Source of the DNA: Lama guanicoe
Taxonomy: Eukaryota
DNA: 64,000 nucleotides
NCBI GenBank assembly: GCA_013239625.1
Contig: MU054187.1
Span: forward strand, 19,150,711-19,214,710
Direction of reading: 5' to 3'
Of the stretch, positions 1 through 12,564 are shown piece after piece. The position numbers and the translations under genes are program-made. How positions within the stretch are numbered: position 1 is the first letter of the stretch; each line of letters opens with the position of its first letter. The notes beneath the pieces were generated by a model. It was given only the letters and a program-made list of their open reading frames with translations. It ran no database searches and had not been told where the DNA came from.

Positions 1-1146
1 TTATTTGCCATTGACCTGACCAAACCACACATTTCGCAAAAGTGGTTAGACCAAAACTTTTTGGTAAGTTGGAGAATGTAGTTCTGATAGGTGTAAATAA
101 AAGGTAAATCAGTTCTCGAAAAGGAAAATGCACAATTTCTCTGGACACAAACAGGACCAAGAAAATCCTTTCTTTCTGGAGTCTGATCTGAGAGATCAGA
201 AACTGATGACAAACTGGTGGCTTGAAGTGACGGGACAGGTGACCAGGCCTGGCCATGGGCATGGGAGAAAGTAGAGGAAAGCAAGGCAGAGAGTGGAGGA
301 GTGGGGTGGAGCAGATTCTGGAGAGAAACAGGAACAGAGGCAGGAGGGTCCTCGCACCTCCCCCCTCATAATCAGAATTCCCACCCCACCCACCTCCCCC
401 CACCTTTCTTTTTTGCAAAACCTGAGCTGGTTCAACTTCCTGCAACAAGAAAAGTTAGACTAACTAACGCAATGCCTTGAATTCCTTTGGCAATAAGGAC
501 TATAAATACAGATTTTCCAATTCTTCAGTGGTTGCCACAGGCTAACACAACTTCTTTAATTTTCAGAGCAGATTAAGAAGCAGATTTTCAGTTTAAAAAA
601 AAAAGCATCTCGGTTGTTAAGGGTCCTTCCTTAAATATACGTTTTATTTAAATACAGTTTCCCATTCCTCTGAGCAGTAAACAGCAGGTGAAATTAAAAA
701 CTGAAGTTGAAAACTAATGAATTCACATTTTAGCTTGAGCTGTGCTCTGAATTCACAGACAGCCAATTACTTCTACTAGCTGCACAGATGACTGAATAAA
801 ATCTGCTAATAAATGCAGCTAGAGTGCATTCAAGAAATCAAACAGTACATATTAGAATAAGTTTGTATAGCTCCTTATCATAAGTTGAATTCTTTAGAAT
901 AAAGGTCCAACAGATACATAAGAGAGTAGATGGGAATATGAGAGAAATACCTTCCACTTCGACACAGTCTTTCCTAAGAAGGTAGATGGCTTGACAGCAG
1001 GACTGCGCCCGCCCTTGATAATGAGTATAGGAGGACCTTAAGATAAAAGGTGTGCTCCTGGGGTGACAGCCTGGTCACCATCCTCCTACCTGTCTCGCAG
1101 CCTGCGGACTTCAGGCTTGCTTAGCCAGCTATAATAAATACACAAA

Positions 1147-1197
1147 TGTGTGTGTGTGTGTGCCTGCAAGTGTATGTATGCACAAATGAATAAATAC

Positions 1198-1227
<30 letters not shown>
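1147..1227. repeat. (TG)n and (CA)n microsatellites
   Basis: Direct reading. Confidence 0.9.
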
Positions 1228-1229
<2 letters not shown>

Positions 1230-1704
1230 TCTCCTAGAGCTTCTACTCCTGCTAGAACCCTTTCTGGTACAGTATTAAGCTCGGTATAAAGTCACTATGC
1301 TTCTCCATCCCTCTCCCCTAGTGGTCCAGATGCTAGTTGGAGGCTGAGAACAAGCTTTACTCGGTTTTACATCCCAGACACCTGATATATGCATACTTGG
1401 CACATGCTGGGTACTTGGTAAATGTTTATTTAATTAACATAATTAAGGGATGATAATATGGCAATGGGGCCAGCTTGTAAGAACTGAAAGGAAGATTTGT
1501 AAAATCAGGAGACATTTTGATTGGCATTCCATATTCACAATACTCTAAAGTATACAGAAGACAGTAACAATAACAGCAGCAGTAGTAGCAGTAATAATAA
1601 AGGATACATTTATTAAGCCCTTGCTGAGTACCAGACACTGCATTACAGTTTCCTCATACACATTATTTCACTCCAATCTCAAAAAATCCTAAGAGGAAGA
1701 CCTT

Positions 1705-1924
1705 TTTATTTTTCTAACATTGGGGTGCATGTGTCTTTTTTAAAAATACATTTTTATTGAAGTGCAGTCAGTTTACAATGTCGTGTCAATTTCTGGTGTA
1801 CAGCACAATGCTTCAGTCACATAGGAACATACATACATTCGTTCTCATGCTCTTCTTCACCATAGGTCACTACAAGATACTGAATATGGCTCCCTGTGCT
1901 GTACAGTATAAACTTGTTGTTTCA
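1705..1924 (-). mobile_element. 5'-truncated L1 3' end inserted into a MIR (~1600-2010)
   Basis: Cetartiodactyl-type L1 3'UTR; TSD aagaggaaga(c/t)ctt at 1691-1704 and 1925-1938; the flanks read as a continuous MIR. Confidence 0.8.
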
Positions 1925-4900
1925 AAGAGGAAGATCTTGTAATCCAAACTTCATAGGTAAGGAAACTAAGGCACAAAGAAATTACGTAATTGACTCCTGC
2001 AAGGTCTTACAGATCTTTTCCGTCATTACCTTCTCCTCTCTACTGGATACTTCCCATTAGTAAACATGTTCGAGTATCTCTTATCTTTAAAAAAAAAATC
2101 TTCTTTTGATCTCTGATCCTGCTCAACCACTATACCTCTGCTCTATCCCATCACAGTCGAGTTATCAATAAAGACATTTACATGAGCTGTCTTCACTCCC
2201 CACCTCCTGTTTACTCTCCAACATACAGTGTCATTGATTTCTACCTCCACCAAAACAAAAAGAAAAATCATGCTTTTGCTAGAGTCACAGTGAACTCTGT
2301 ATCACTAAATTTAATAAATTTCTATTCTCAATTTAATTTCCATTCTCTTAATACAAAACACAATTAACATCCTTGAAGCATCCTCTTCTCTTGGCTTTAT
2401 GATAACAAGACCAATTTCAATTCCTATTTGCAGAGCAAGATGACAGAATTCTCTAGCTAGTTTAAGCAGACAGAGGGTTACTGGTGGTTCCTAAATCTCT
2501 AAGAAGCCTGGAGAATCAGGCTGGGATGTTCAAAAGGGCAACTACACAGAGCCACAGGAGGAAGGTCCAAGCACATCACAAGTCTGCACTAACAGAAGTA
2601 CCATAGCACTGCCTCCCACCACTCAAAGCCCATGACTGGCACTAAAAGCTAGAACTTCCACGACAGATGCCCCAGCAGCACCAGGAAATTCTGACACTGT
2701 GTTTTGCCAGAAGGTTGATTTTGCACATGGCTACCCCTCACTGCCTTGCTTGTGCCTCGTCAGGTGCCTCATATGGGTGCACAGCCTTGATGGACCTAAG
2801 TCACACAGAATTTAAGCTACAAGGTATTCTGGGAAATTCCAGCCACAGCAGCATAGGAAAATAATATAGAAGGGGATGCAGAGATGCTGAATGAGTCGGT
2901 CTACAGCATCACCACACATTTCTGGATTTCTGTATTTTTTTTTTTTGCAGCCTCCTCTGTCTGCTACCCCCAACACATATTCTTCATCTATGTACTTTTC
3001 TCTATTTCTATTGCCACCATCATTGTTGTCTTGGACTATTAAAATAATTTGTGGTCAAATCTACCCACTTCTACTCTTAACTCCCAAGAATGTTATTGAG
3101 AGATTCAAATAGGAAAGAAGAAGATCTCATAGCTTTAACACAGCATATAAAAATTAAGGCTAATAAACTGCTGTTCTTAGTTATAATTAATAAACTCTTT
3201 AAAACATCATTTAAGTAGTTAACTATCTATGTGATAGTTACTACGCCACTTGAAGGTGCCAGAAAGATCCCTCCCTGGTTGAGGTATATATTCCAATGAC
3301 TAAAGAATGATGCCAGAAATTATATCAATAAGGTTAAATCATATTTATATCATTGACCCAGCATCCTTGGTTAAACTATAAATATCCTACGAAAAGGAGT
3401 CTATGTTTTCTGTGCAAGCATATAAAACCGGAATCAAATCCCAGCCCTGCCATTTGTTAGGTGATTGGTGTGGGGAAAGTTTATTAACCTCTCTGCACTT
3501 CAAGGTCTGGTTCTCATCTACAAAATGGGGGTGATAGCTTGGTGGAAAGGATCCAATGGAAACATCTGGTAAAGTGATTGATAAATAGGCAATGAACTGC
3601 AGCCCTTTCTCTCTGGCAATACCTTACTGGGAATTAGTTTGTCAGAGTAGTTAATATCCACTTGATGGTAAATGAAAAACAAAGTGCTGCAGAATCAGAC
3701 ACAGGCTTCGTGTATCAAAGGGAGCCCACAGACATACAGAAAAAGAGGCTCTCGTGGGGAAAATGGGGCTGTGCTCGGGGAGAATGGTATCGGTCACCAG
3801 GGGCAGCCAGAGGCAGGTAAAGCTTCTTGGAGCCTTGGGTGGGAAGCGGGTCATAAGAAAAACAGAAATAGCAATACAACTATTGCTGTTATATTACAGA
3901 GATAATGAAACCCATCGCTCTCTTAAAAGCTTTTGCCTGGAGTGAGCCCAATGGGGTGCCACCAATGTCTCTGACCACTGTCCAAATCGTCCCGCTTCCT
4001 GAGTTCTAACCTCGCTCAGAAAAACACAGGAAACAGGAACCACAGTGGAAGATGGGCAGGAAGCAGGAAGAGGAAGTGTTCAGCGATAGCGCATCACTTC
4101 TTGTTTTGCTCTGTATCCCAAAGCTTGTTCAACAACAGTAGCAGTCTTTGTTACATCGATGGGATCCTACCTGAGTCTCCTTAACAGAGACAGAGGGCGA
4201 GCCTGCCAGCTGGAACACACACGCCAAATAGATGTTTACCTCCTCACCTGCTGACCGCTTTCATCTTCAACTCAAGAAATGAGCCAAAAGGCAGTTTTCC
4301 TTTGGCTGCTGCTAGAATGTACCTATGATCGTTTCCCACTGCAAATCACATAGAAGAAATAATTTCCATTGATTTTTTAAAAATATATTTAGCCTATGGG
4401 TTAATTCAACTTACAGTTTTTTTAAAAACAGAAATTCTCTTGGTATAAACCTTACTAAGTAAAGTACGAACTTTTGTATTAGTTTGTATGTTCAAGAATG
4501 GTGGCGTTTAATTTACTACTTTCAAAGAGAGAATCTGTAAGAGGTGGAATTCTGCAAGTAGTTTCACAGGCTCTGTAGACTGAAATCCTCCTTACAAACA
4601 CAAGTATGTGACCCTGACCTCCCTGGTACAAGAAACGAAACTTGGCTGGCAGCCAAGAGTACTTACCACAGGACCCTACACAGAGCAAACGATTACTATG
4701 TGTTCATGAATGTCAAAGATCACACATTCGATTTTTTAGAAGTTGAAGTCTTTTGTTCGTATGTTAGCTATAATGGACATTCTATAAAAAGAAGGTAAAA
4801 TATGAATAAGCCACAATTTATTCGCTACCTTCAAAAGGCAAATAAATTGTTTACAGCCAGAAGCATGTACATTCTTCCAGGAAAACAGCAGACAAGTGAC

Positions 4901-5486
4901 AGACACTATATAAACACCTTCTGTATCTCTGTATAACACACAATTTTCAAGTATATGTTAATACATTAATTTCCAACTAAAACATCTCTTAATTTTCTTA
5001 TTTAAAGACCATTTTCAGGGAACTCTTTATAAAAGAGGTTGTAGAAAAGATTTCAAAGGAGATAAAAATTCTAAAACTTGAATACTTATTCCAGCCCACA
5101 CATACACCAATCTCCCCTTTCCCAGTGACGATAAGAAATAAAGGCATTTTAGTAGATCTTTGAAAAGTATTTGCTTGAAAAGCAGGCATTCATTTAATGA
5201 ATATTTTACTAGGTATTGTAGGCACAAGGGAGAATAGTGGTAAATACATATACATATGCATATCTGTGTGTGTGTGCATGTGCACGTGTGTGTGTACTAA
5301 AAATATGCAAGTCCCTACACTCATGGAGTTTGCAGATCAGTGGAAAGGAGGCACATAAGTAAATGAATCACACAAATATAAGTAATACTATAACTGCAAC
5401 AAATGCTCTGAGAGAGAACTATACAGAGAAGCTATGAGCACAGAAAGGGGAAAAACAATCAGAGGTCTGGGAAGCACAGCTCTGAG

Positions 5487-5840
5487 AGTCTTTGTCAGTT
5501 TGCACAGCTACAACAAAAATACCATAGACAGTTGGCTTCCACAACACACATTTGTTCTTTACAGTTCTGGAGGCTGAGAAGTCCAAGATCAAGTTGCTGG
5601 CAGGCTTGGTATCTGGTGAGGTTTTGCTTCGTGGTTCACAGACAGCAGTGTCCACACGTGGCAGAGTTAGGGCTCTGGGCTTTATAAGGATATCAATTCC
5701 ACCATGGGGCTCTACCCCCAAGACCTCATCCAAATCTAATTATCTCCCAAAGGTTCCACCTCCAAATACCAATCATACTGGAGATTAGGCTTTGACATAT
5801 GAATTAGGGTTGGGGGAAGGACACAAATCAGTCCACAGCA
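5487..5840 (-). mobile_element. MaLR (MLT1-type) solo LTR
   Basis: cagttctggaggctgagaagtccaagatcaag core; ends ggacacaaatcagtccacagca. Confidence 0.82.
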
Positions 5841-6020
5841 GGAAGTGATGGCTGGACTGAGATCTGAGGTGAGGAGGAGCTGGTTAGATGAAGGGTGGTT
5901 GTGGCAGGAAAGCCTGGCAAGTTTAAGAGCTTGAAAGAAAGGCAGCAAGGCTGCAGAACAGAGTAAGGGATGGCACAGGGCATGAGACCAGGACAAAGAG
6001 ATAGAGGGGGCTGGACCACA

Positions 6021-6420
6021 TGCTATGGGCTGAACTGTATCCCCCCCTCCCCACACCCAAATTCGTATGTTAAAATCCTCACTCCTAGTACCTCAGAATG
6101 TTACTGTATTTGGAGACAGAGCCTCTAAGAGGTAATTAAGATAAAATGAGGTCATATAGGTGGGCCCTAATCCAATATGGCTAGTGTCCTCATAAGAAAC
6201 GCAGATTAGGAACATATTACACAAACACCAGGGGACAACCATGTGAAGACACAGAAAGGAGGTGGCCATCTTCAAGCCAAGGAGAGAGAGCTCAGAAGAA
6301 ATCAAACCTGCCAGCATCTTGGTCATGGTTTTGGAGCCTCCAAAAGTGTGAGAATATAAATTTCTGCTGTCTAGCCAACAGAGTCTGGTATTTTGTTATG
6401 GCAGCCTTAGCAAACGAAGG
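6021..6420 (+). mobile_element. MaLR (MLT1B-like) solo LTR
   Basis: tgctatgggctgaactgt…ttgttatggcagcc; probable TSD ccaca. Confidence 0.82.
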
Positions 6421-6578
6421 CCACACAAGGAGTGGTAAAAACTACGGTCCTGATCCTAAGATCAGAGAATCACGGGTGGGGTTTAAACTGGGGGGAGCAA
6501 GGGTTACAGAGCAGATGTGCCATTTGCTCTGGCTGCAGCGACAAGGTGAACCACGGAGAGGCTGAGTGGATGCAGGAC

Positions 6579-7078
6579 TCGGAAGGCTGAATAATATCCT
6601 CCAAAGACATCCACATCCTCATCCCCGGGACCTGGCAGTGTTACCTTACGTGGCAAAAGTAACTCTGTAGGTGTGATTAAGTTAAGGAGCTTCAGATACA
6701 GAGATTATCCTGACTTATCCAGGTGAGCCCTAAACGTAATCACAAGCGTACTTACGAGAGGGAGGCAGAGGGAGATTTCACAGTGGAAGAGAAGGGTATG
6801 TAACAATGGAAGCAGTAAATGGAGAAATGTGCTCTGAAAATGGAGGAAGAGCCTGCAACACAAGAAATATCCATGGCCACGGGAAATCAGAAAAGGCAAG
6901 GAAATGGACTCACTCCTAGAGCCTCCAGAAGGAACCACGCCTGCCAACACCTTGACTTTAGCCCAGTGAGAACCATCCTGGACTGCTGATCTCCAAAGCA
7001 ATAAAGGTATATATCTGTGCTGGTTTAAGCTACTAAATTTATAGTCATTTGTTACAGTGGCAACAGGACCCGGAGACA
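6579..7078 (+). mobile_element. MaLR (MLT1D-like) solo LTR
   Basis: gttaccttacgtggcaaaag…cctagagcctccagaagga…ttgttacagtggcaacagg. Confidence 0.82.
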
Positions 7079-8900
7079 CGGGGAGACCAGCCAGGAGACT
7101 GTAAGCAGTAGCCTCGAGGAGAGATGGTGGGATGGTGGCGGCACGTGGTGAGGAGGGGACCTGAGAAACAGGAAGTGAAAGCAACAGGAGGGGAGGCTGG
7201 ATTTGATTGGGGGAGAAGCGAAGGAGAGGGAGCCAAAGAGAAGCATTTGTGTTCTCTACTTCCCTACCACCACCAGCAGAGTCGGCCAGAGCAACGGACT
7301 TACCGTCCCACTTCGGGAGTCAGGGATCTGACCAGGCATTTAGAGATCTGAAGGCAGGAGACAAAAAGCTGCTGTCCTCATTTCACTTCATCTTGAAGCT
7401 TCTACATTTAAAAAAATCTATCTCCAAACCAAATAAGCTATTAAAATTTTATGTGGAGATGATCAAAACTCTTGGTTTTAAAAAATTGTTCCAAACGTGA
7501 AATGTTTCTTGACTTGGACTTCAAGAAAGCCTGGATTCCCTGGGATGCTTACGGTGAAGATTTACAAATGGAAGGCAGAGGGGACCTGGTCTCTTCTTCT
7601 CTGTTCTATTTGCTTATTATATATGTATGCTCTCCTCAATCCATGTTTGGCCTCTTACGACCACCAAAACCTCACTCACACAGAAGAACACACACTTAGT
7701 AACAGACGGCCCTGCAGCATCTACGTCACACCCTTCCTCACTTCTGTGCTGGTTCTGATCCCACGGGGCTCCACACAAACACAGTCATCAGCAGGGCCTT
7801 CTTGATGCCAAACCTAATGCAGGTCATTTCCTGCACTTGCACTTCAGCTTCCTCACACCGGAAGCTGACCCTGCCGATAAGAAGAGTCTTGGCTACATTT
7901 CGGAAGTTCAAGCATTTGATTAAAAGTGGTGTTGATGTGACTTGTGCTATTTACCTTTCTCACACTAATGTTGTTCGGGCTTCCCGCAGAACGAAGAAGA
8001 GCGAGTCTACTCCAATACTCTGCCTTCCTCTTCCAAGGGGAGAAGTGCTCCACTCGTCTATATAGCAAACTTCTGCAAACATTGCCGAGAATTTGGAAGA
8101 TCTCTCCGTGTGGAGAAAGGAAGTCTCTGTCTTAAAGACTGTGGGCTTTACTGTTAGGAAAATGGTAAGAAACTACCTTCAGGATCATGAATTTAGACTC
8201 GCTTATAAAGCAAGATTTTGAAACAGCAGAGGCACACCCAAATACCACAAAGAGAAGAAGAACACACAAAAATCTGCAAAATTATAGCAATCTGGGGCAG
8301 TTTCACTCAGGTGCTAATGGCCCTGAATGACATGAAGGTCTCCACATGAAACCCCAGGGGTTCATCTTCAGTGGGGAAGGAAGTACGTGCTTTAATTTTA
8401 GAAGATTTTAATAAAAATTGCTTAAGTAAAATGGCTAAGCCCCTAACCTCTGTGACACCAAAAGCTATGTTCCACTCTTCACTTCTAGTCATACAATAAA
8501 TAAAATGAAGACTGTCTTGTTGTTTTCCATACCGTTGGGTTTTGTGCTGAATGTTGAAGAGTTTGAAGCAGCTACCTTGGATTGTTATCCGGAAATACTG
8601 TTCATGAATCATGCATGACTAAATCAACCTTTCGGTTTTGCAGAGATTTGCATCCCTGCCTAGGCAATCCAGGGCCACACCCTGATCTCACTGATGTACT
8701 CAATTCATTGACAGTGACTTACACACTCTTCACTGGTGTAGCAGTGGGCTCTTAAGTGAAACTGACATGTAGTTTCCAGCAGCATCTATTCATTTCCCAA
8801 GCAGAAACTTTAAATATAATAGATATTTTATCTTGGAGGGTACAAACTAAAAGGCATACCAGACTTACTGAGTAACCCAGCTTTTAAAGCAGAGACTTAA

Positions 8901-8970
8901 TACACACACACATACAGACACACACACACACACACACAGAGACACACACACACACACACACACACAGACA
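8901..8970. repeat. Interrupted (CA)n microsatellite
   Basis: Direct reading. Confidence 0.95.
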
Positions 8971-9329
8971 TTCAAATCCTAACTCTTCTACTTGGAAGAT
9001 ACTGTTACCAGTACATTTTTAAATGAATCGAGAGGTCTTTGGGGTTTGCTGGGGAACTAAATAGGTTATCTAAACCAAGTAGTAAGTCCTCCATGAAAAA
9101 TGCTATAACTATAGCATCATCAGAGCTCTCAAAGGAGGCATTTCTAGCCAGTTTACTAAAGTTTTTGGGGGTTTTCTTTTGGTTGGACTTAACCTGGTTT
9201 CCACTCACTCCATCTTCATTGGACATAAAAGACAACTGGTCAATATCCTTTTAGATTTTCAGAGGTAACAAGATGCCAAGTCTACCTCACCAAGATCACA
9301 GAATACAAGATTTAATAATGCAAAAGAAA

Positions 9330-11200
9330 AAAAAGAAAATCACATTTCTATGTACTTACAACAAACACACGGAAACTGAAATTTAAAACACAGTTACACT
9401 TACAATTACTCCAAATAAAATAAAATACTTAGGTATACGTTTAGCAAAAACATATACAGAATAACCTGTTTCCAGAAAATTCAAAAGCACCACTGAAAGA
9501 AACGAAGGAAGAAATACATGGAAAGATACATCATGGCAATGGACTGAAAGACTCAACATAATAAAGGCGTCAATGTAGGTTAATCAAAATCTCAGCAAGG
9601 TTTTTATATACACAGATATGCTCATTCTAAAATGTATATGGAAAGCCATAGGACCTAGAAACTAAGACAATTTTTATAGAAAAGAATCAAGTGAAAGGAG
9701 TCACCGCACCCCGTATGAAGGCTTCTTCTGTAGCTACTGTACTCAGGACAGTGTGACGTTGGCAGACGGAGAGATGCAAGGCTCAAGGGAACACAACAGA
9801 GAGCCCAAAAAAGACCCACACAAACATGTCCAACTGATTTCTGTCAAAGGTGGAAACACTATTTGATGGAGGAGAGACAGTTTTTTAAACAAATGGTGCT
9901 GAAGTGTTGGACATCCACAGACAAAAACACGAAGCACTCAACCTACACCTCACAAAAAGTAACTCACAACACACCGCTGGTGTGAGGGTAAAATGATATC
10001 GTCACTGTAGGAGAAATGACGGCATCTTCCTGTAAGACGAGGTGAAGTATGCCTTTCCCATAACTGAACCAGCAACTGTACTCGTGGGCATTTTTCCGAG
10101 AGAAATGAAAACGTACAGAAATGTACATTCATGTACAAAAATGTGTACATGCATGTTCACAGTAGCTTTATTCATAACAGCCCCAACCAGGAAACAAACC
10201 CAATGTCCTTCAATTAGTTACACCAGCTGTGGTAACTCCAAACCATGGAATACTACCCAGTAATTAAAAGGAACAAACTGCTGATGCATGCAACAACTTG
10301 GTGTTGGTTTGAAACCATGGGAGCTCCCCAGGTGAAATCTGGAACTGGTCCTCATACTCGGAGAGCAAAAAGAGACGGAAGAAAGAGGCAGCCACTCCAG
10401 ATTGGTGGGTGGTGGTTTTAGTAAGCAAGGAAAGTTACACACTAGGCTTGTCTTGGGTGACTGCAAAATGAGTGGATCTCCACATACACCCAACAGAATC
10501 TTAAAAAGAGTTTATACAGGGTTCAGCCACTATCCAGTGTAGATGGTCTTAGCAACCCCTTACTTTCTTAAGGCTACATCCATGAAGCAGCTCCTAGTGT
10601 GGGAACAGTGGGCAGAACGAACATTCCCAAGAGAAGGCAAGCAGGGAGGAGCCTCCAATTGCCCAGTTCCAACCCACACGTCAACTGGTGGTCACATTCT
10701 CCACGACCTCCTCCAACACTTGGAAGAATCTCAAGGGAATCATGTTGCATGAAAAAAGTCAATCTCAAAGAGTTAAGACTGTATGATTCCATTTGTATAA
10801 CATTCTTGAATGACCAAAATACAGATACGGAAAACAGATGAGTGGTTTCTAGAGGTGAGGGATGCCAAGGTGGGAAGGAGGGAGCTGTGGCTGTACAAAG
10901 GCAACCCGAAGGGTCCCTGCAGTGGGACTGTTCTGTATCTTCACTGTGGTGTTGGTCACATGAATCTGCACATCGGATAATGCTGTGCACACACACGGGT
11001 GCATGCAGAACGGTAAAATCTGCATGAAGTCAATGAATTGCATTAGTGCCAATTTCCTGGTTGTGATATTGTGCTAGAATTATGCAAGATGTTCCCACTG
11101 GAGGCAACTGGGTGAAGGATATACAGGATCTTTCTGTTTTATTTCTTACAACTCTGGGTGAATTTACAATTATCTTTTAAAAGTTTTTTCCAAGAATTAA
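9330..11200 (+). mobile_element. Old L1 (L1M/L1MC-like) ORF2 remnant and 3' end, interrupted by an LTR
   Basis: Degenerate ORF2 motifs (aaaatacttaggtat, aacaaatggtgctg) and an L1MC-like 3' terminus at ~11000-11200. Confidence 0.8.
10302..10718 (-). mobile_element. Solo LTR (417 bp), probably ERVL class
   Basis: Termini TGTTGG…CCAACA with a 5-bp TSD cttgg at 10297-10301 and 10719-10723. The host L1 is continuous once it is removed. Orientation is inferred from a polyA-signal-like ACTAAA on the minus strand. Confidence 0.85.
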
Positions 11201-12564
11201 GAAAAAGGTAAAAATAACAAGAAGAATATATAGTCTATTTCCATTTACAGGCGAAGAAAGGAGCAAGCAGTAAGATTACACTGCTAGTTAAGAGCTGGGT
11301 CAAAAATAAGACTCAGGCCTGTGCATTTTCCACTATACCATATTTCTTAACACAAATAATAGACTAAGCAATTTTATTATTGTTGCATCCCATTCTGGGT
11401 GATCAAAATAATTAAGGTTATATAATTAAATTTAGTTATATATATAATTAATATTTAATATATAATTAACAGTTAATATAATAATTAACTTCAGTGAAAA
11501 AATGTAGTTGAAGACACATGGAATAATATTAAGAAAATAAGGGAATATTAAACGTAAGTATTATGTGGTTCTAACTTAAATATAATAAAAACCCAGAGAA
11601 AAAAGGTACAGACTTCTGTTTGTCACACAATTCTGCAAATCTGAACAAATCCAAGGCAAATAACCTCATTTATACAGAATAATCCATAAGAAAGAGACTT
11701 CTTATCCAGATGCCCAGATCCACCTCCAGATACATTCCACGCTTAGCATACTATGTTATGGGCACGAGGCGGACCACCACGGGGACGACCGGCTAATGGC
11801 TACCAGACACCTGCACTACCCTGCTCCCCACCTGCTCCGCAGCAAGGCCACCACACAAAACATCCCAGGAGAGACGTAAGCCCTTTTCTTCACAGAAATA
11901 AGCCACACATGGCAAATAAGTCTAGCCTATCTGAGGTGGAATTCATTATTTCCCTCAGACACAAGATTTAAATTTATTACTATTGTAACCTGCAGCTCAG
12001 AGATGACAAAGGCATTACTGTCATATGCAGTCCCATCTTGCTAGCATACACTTCGCAACAAAACCCTGTGAAGGGCTGGAAGGCGGGGTTCTGCATGTGG
12101 GGCTGACTCAGTCAGCGGTGAGTTCCAGTAATGAGGAACATCATTTGGATTCTGGCAATGAAAGTGGATTTTTAGGCACTGTTTACCTTTCTCTGAAGAT
12201 GATGGATTTTTAAGGTCTGAGGATAAAGATGAAAACTTTTACAGTAGTTCTGTAACATTTTGGGAACTTGTTATAAAGCTTTAACATTCAATGAAATATG
12301 TTTCTTTTTTAGAAATCAATTTTTCTTGCTCTCCCAGTCAAATATGTGCTATTATTGCACTATGAGTGTAACACTGGGATTCCATTCAGTTCGTTTGGCT
12401 ATATTTCATATCAGTTTTTCCTGAAATATTTTTTTGCATTCATATTCAATGGTCACTTCTTAGGACTTCACTCAAATTTTTTTTTAACTTGGCTGATTTT
12501 GTACCTTTATTTATATTTGCTTTTTAATCATGTACTGGATAGAAATTCATTCTTTATTGTGACT

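Larger units (their letters stand above)
5188..7200 (-). mobile_element. L2 remnant fragmented by three MaLR LTRs
   Basis: Reverse-complement L2 3' end (cattcatt…tattt) at 5188, with L2-like segments between the LTRs. Confidence 0.55.

Noticed and set aside
7955..8150. Exon-like segment on the minus strand (cag|…AAG|gtaaat)
   Set aside because: It has stops in all three frames and no ZNF704 similarity.
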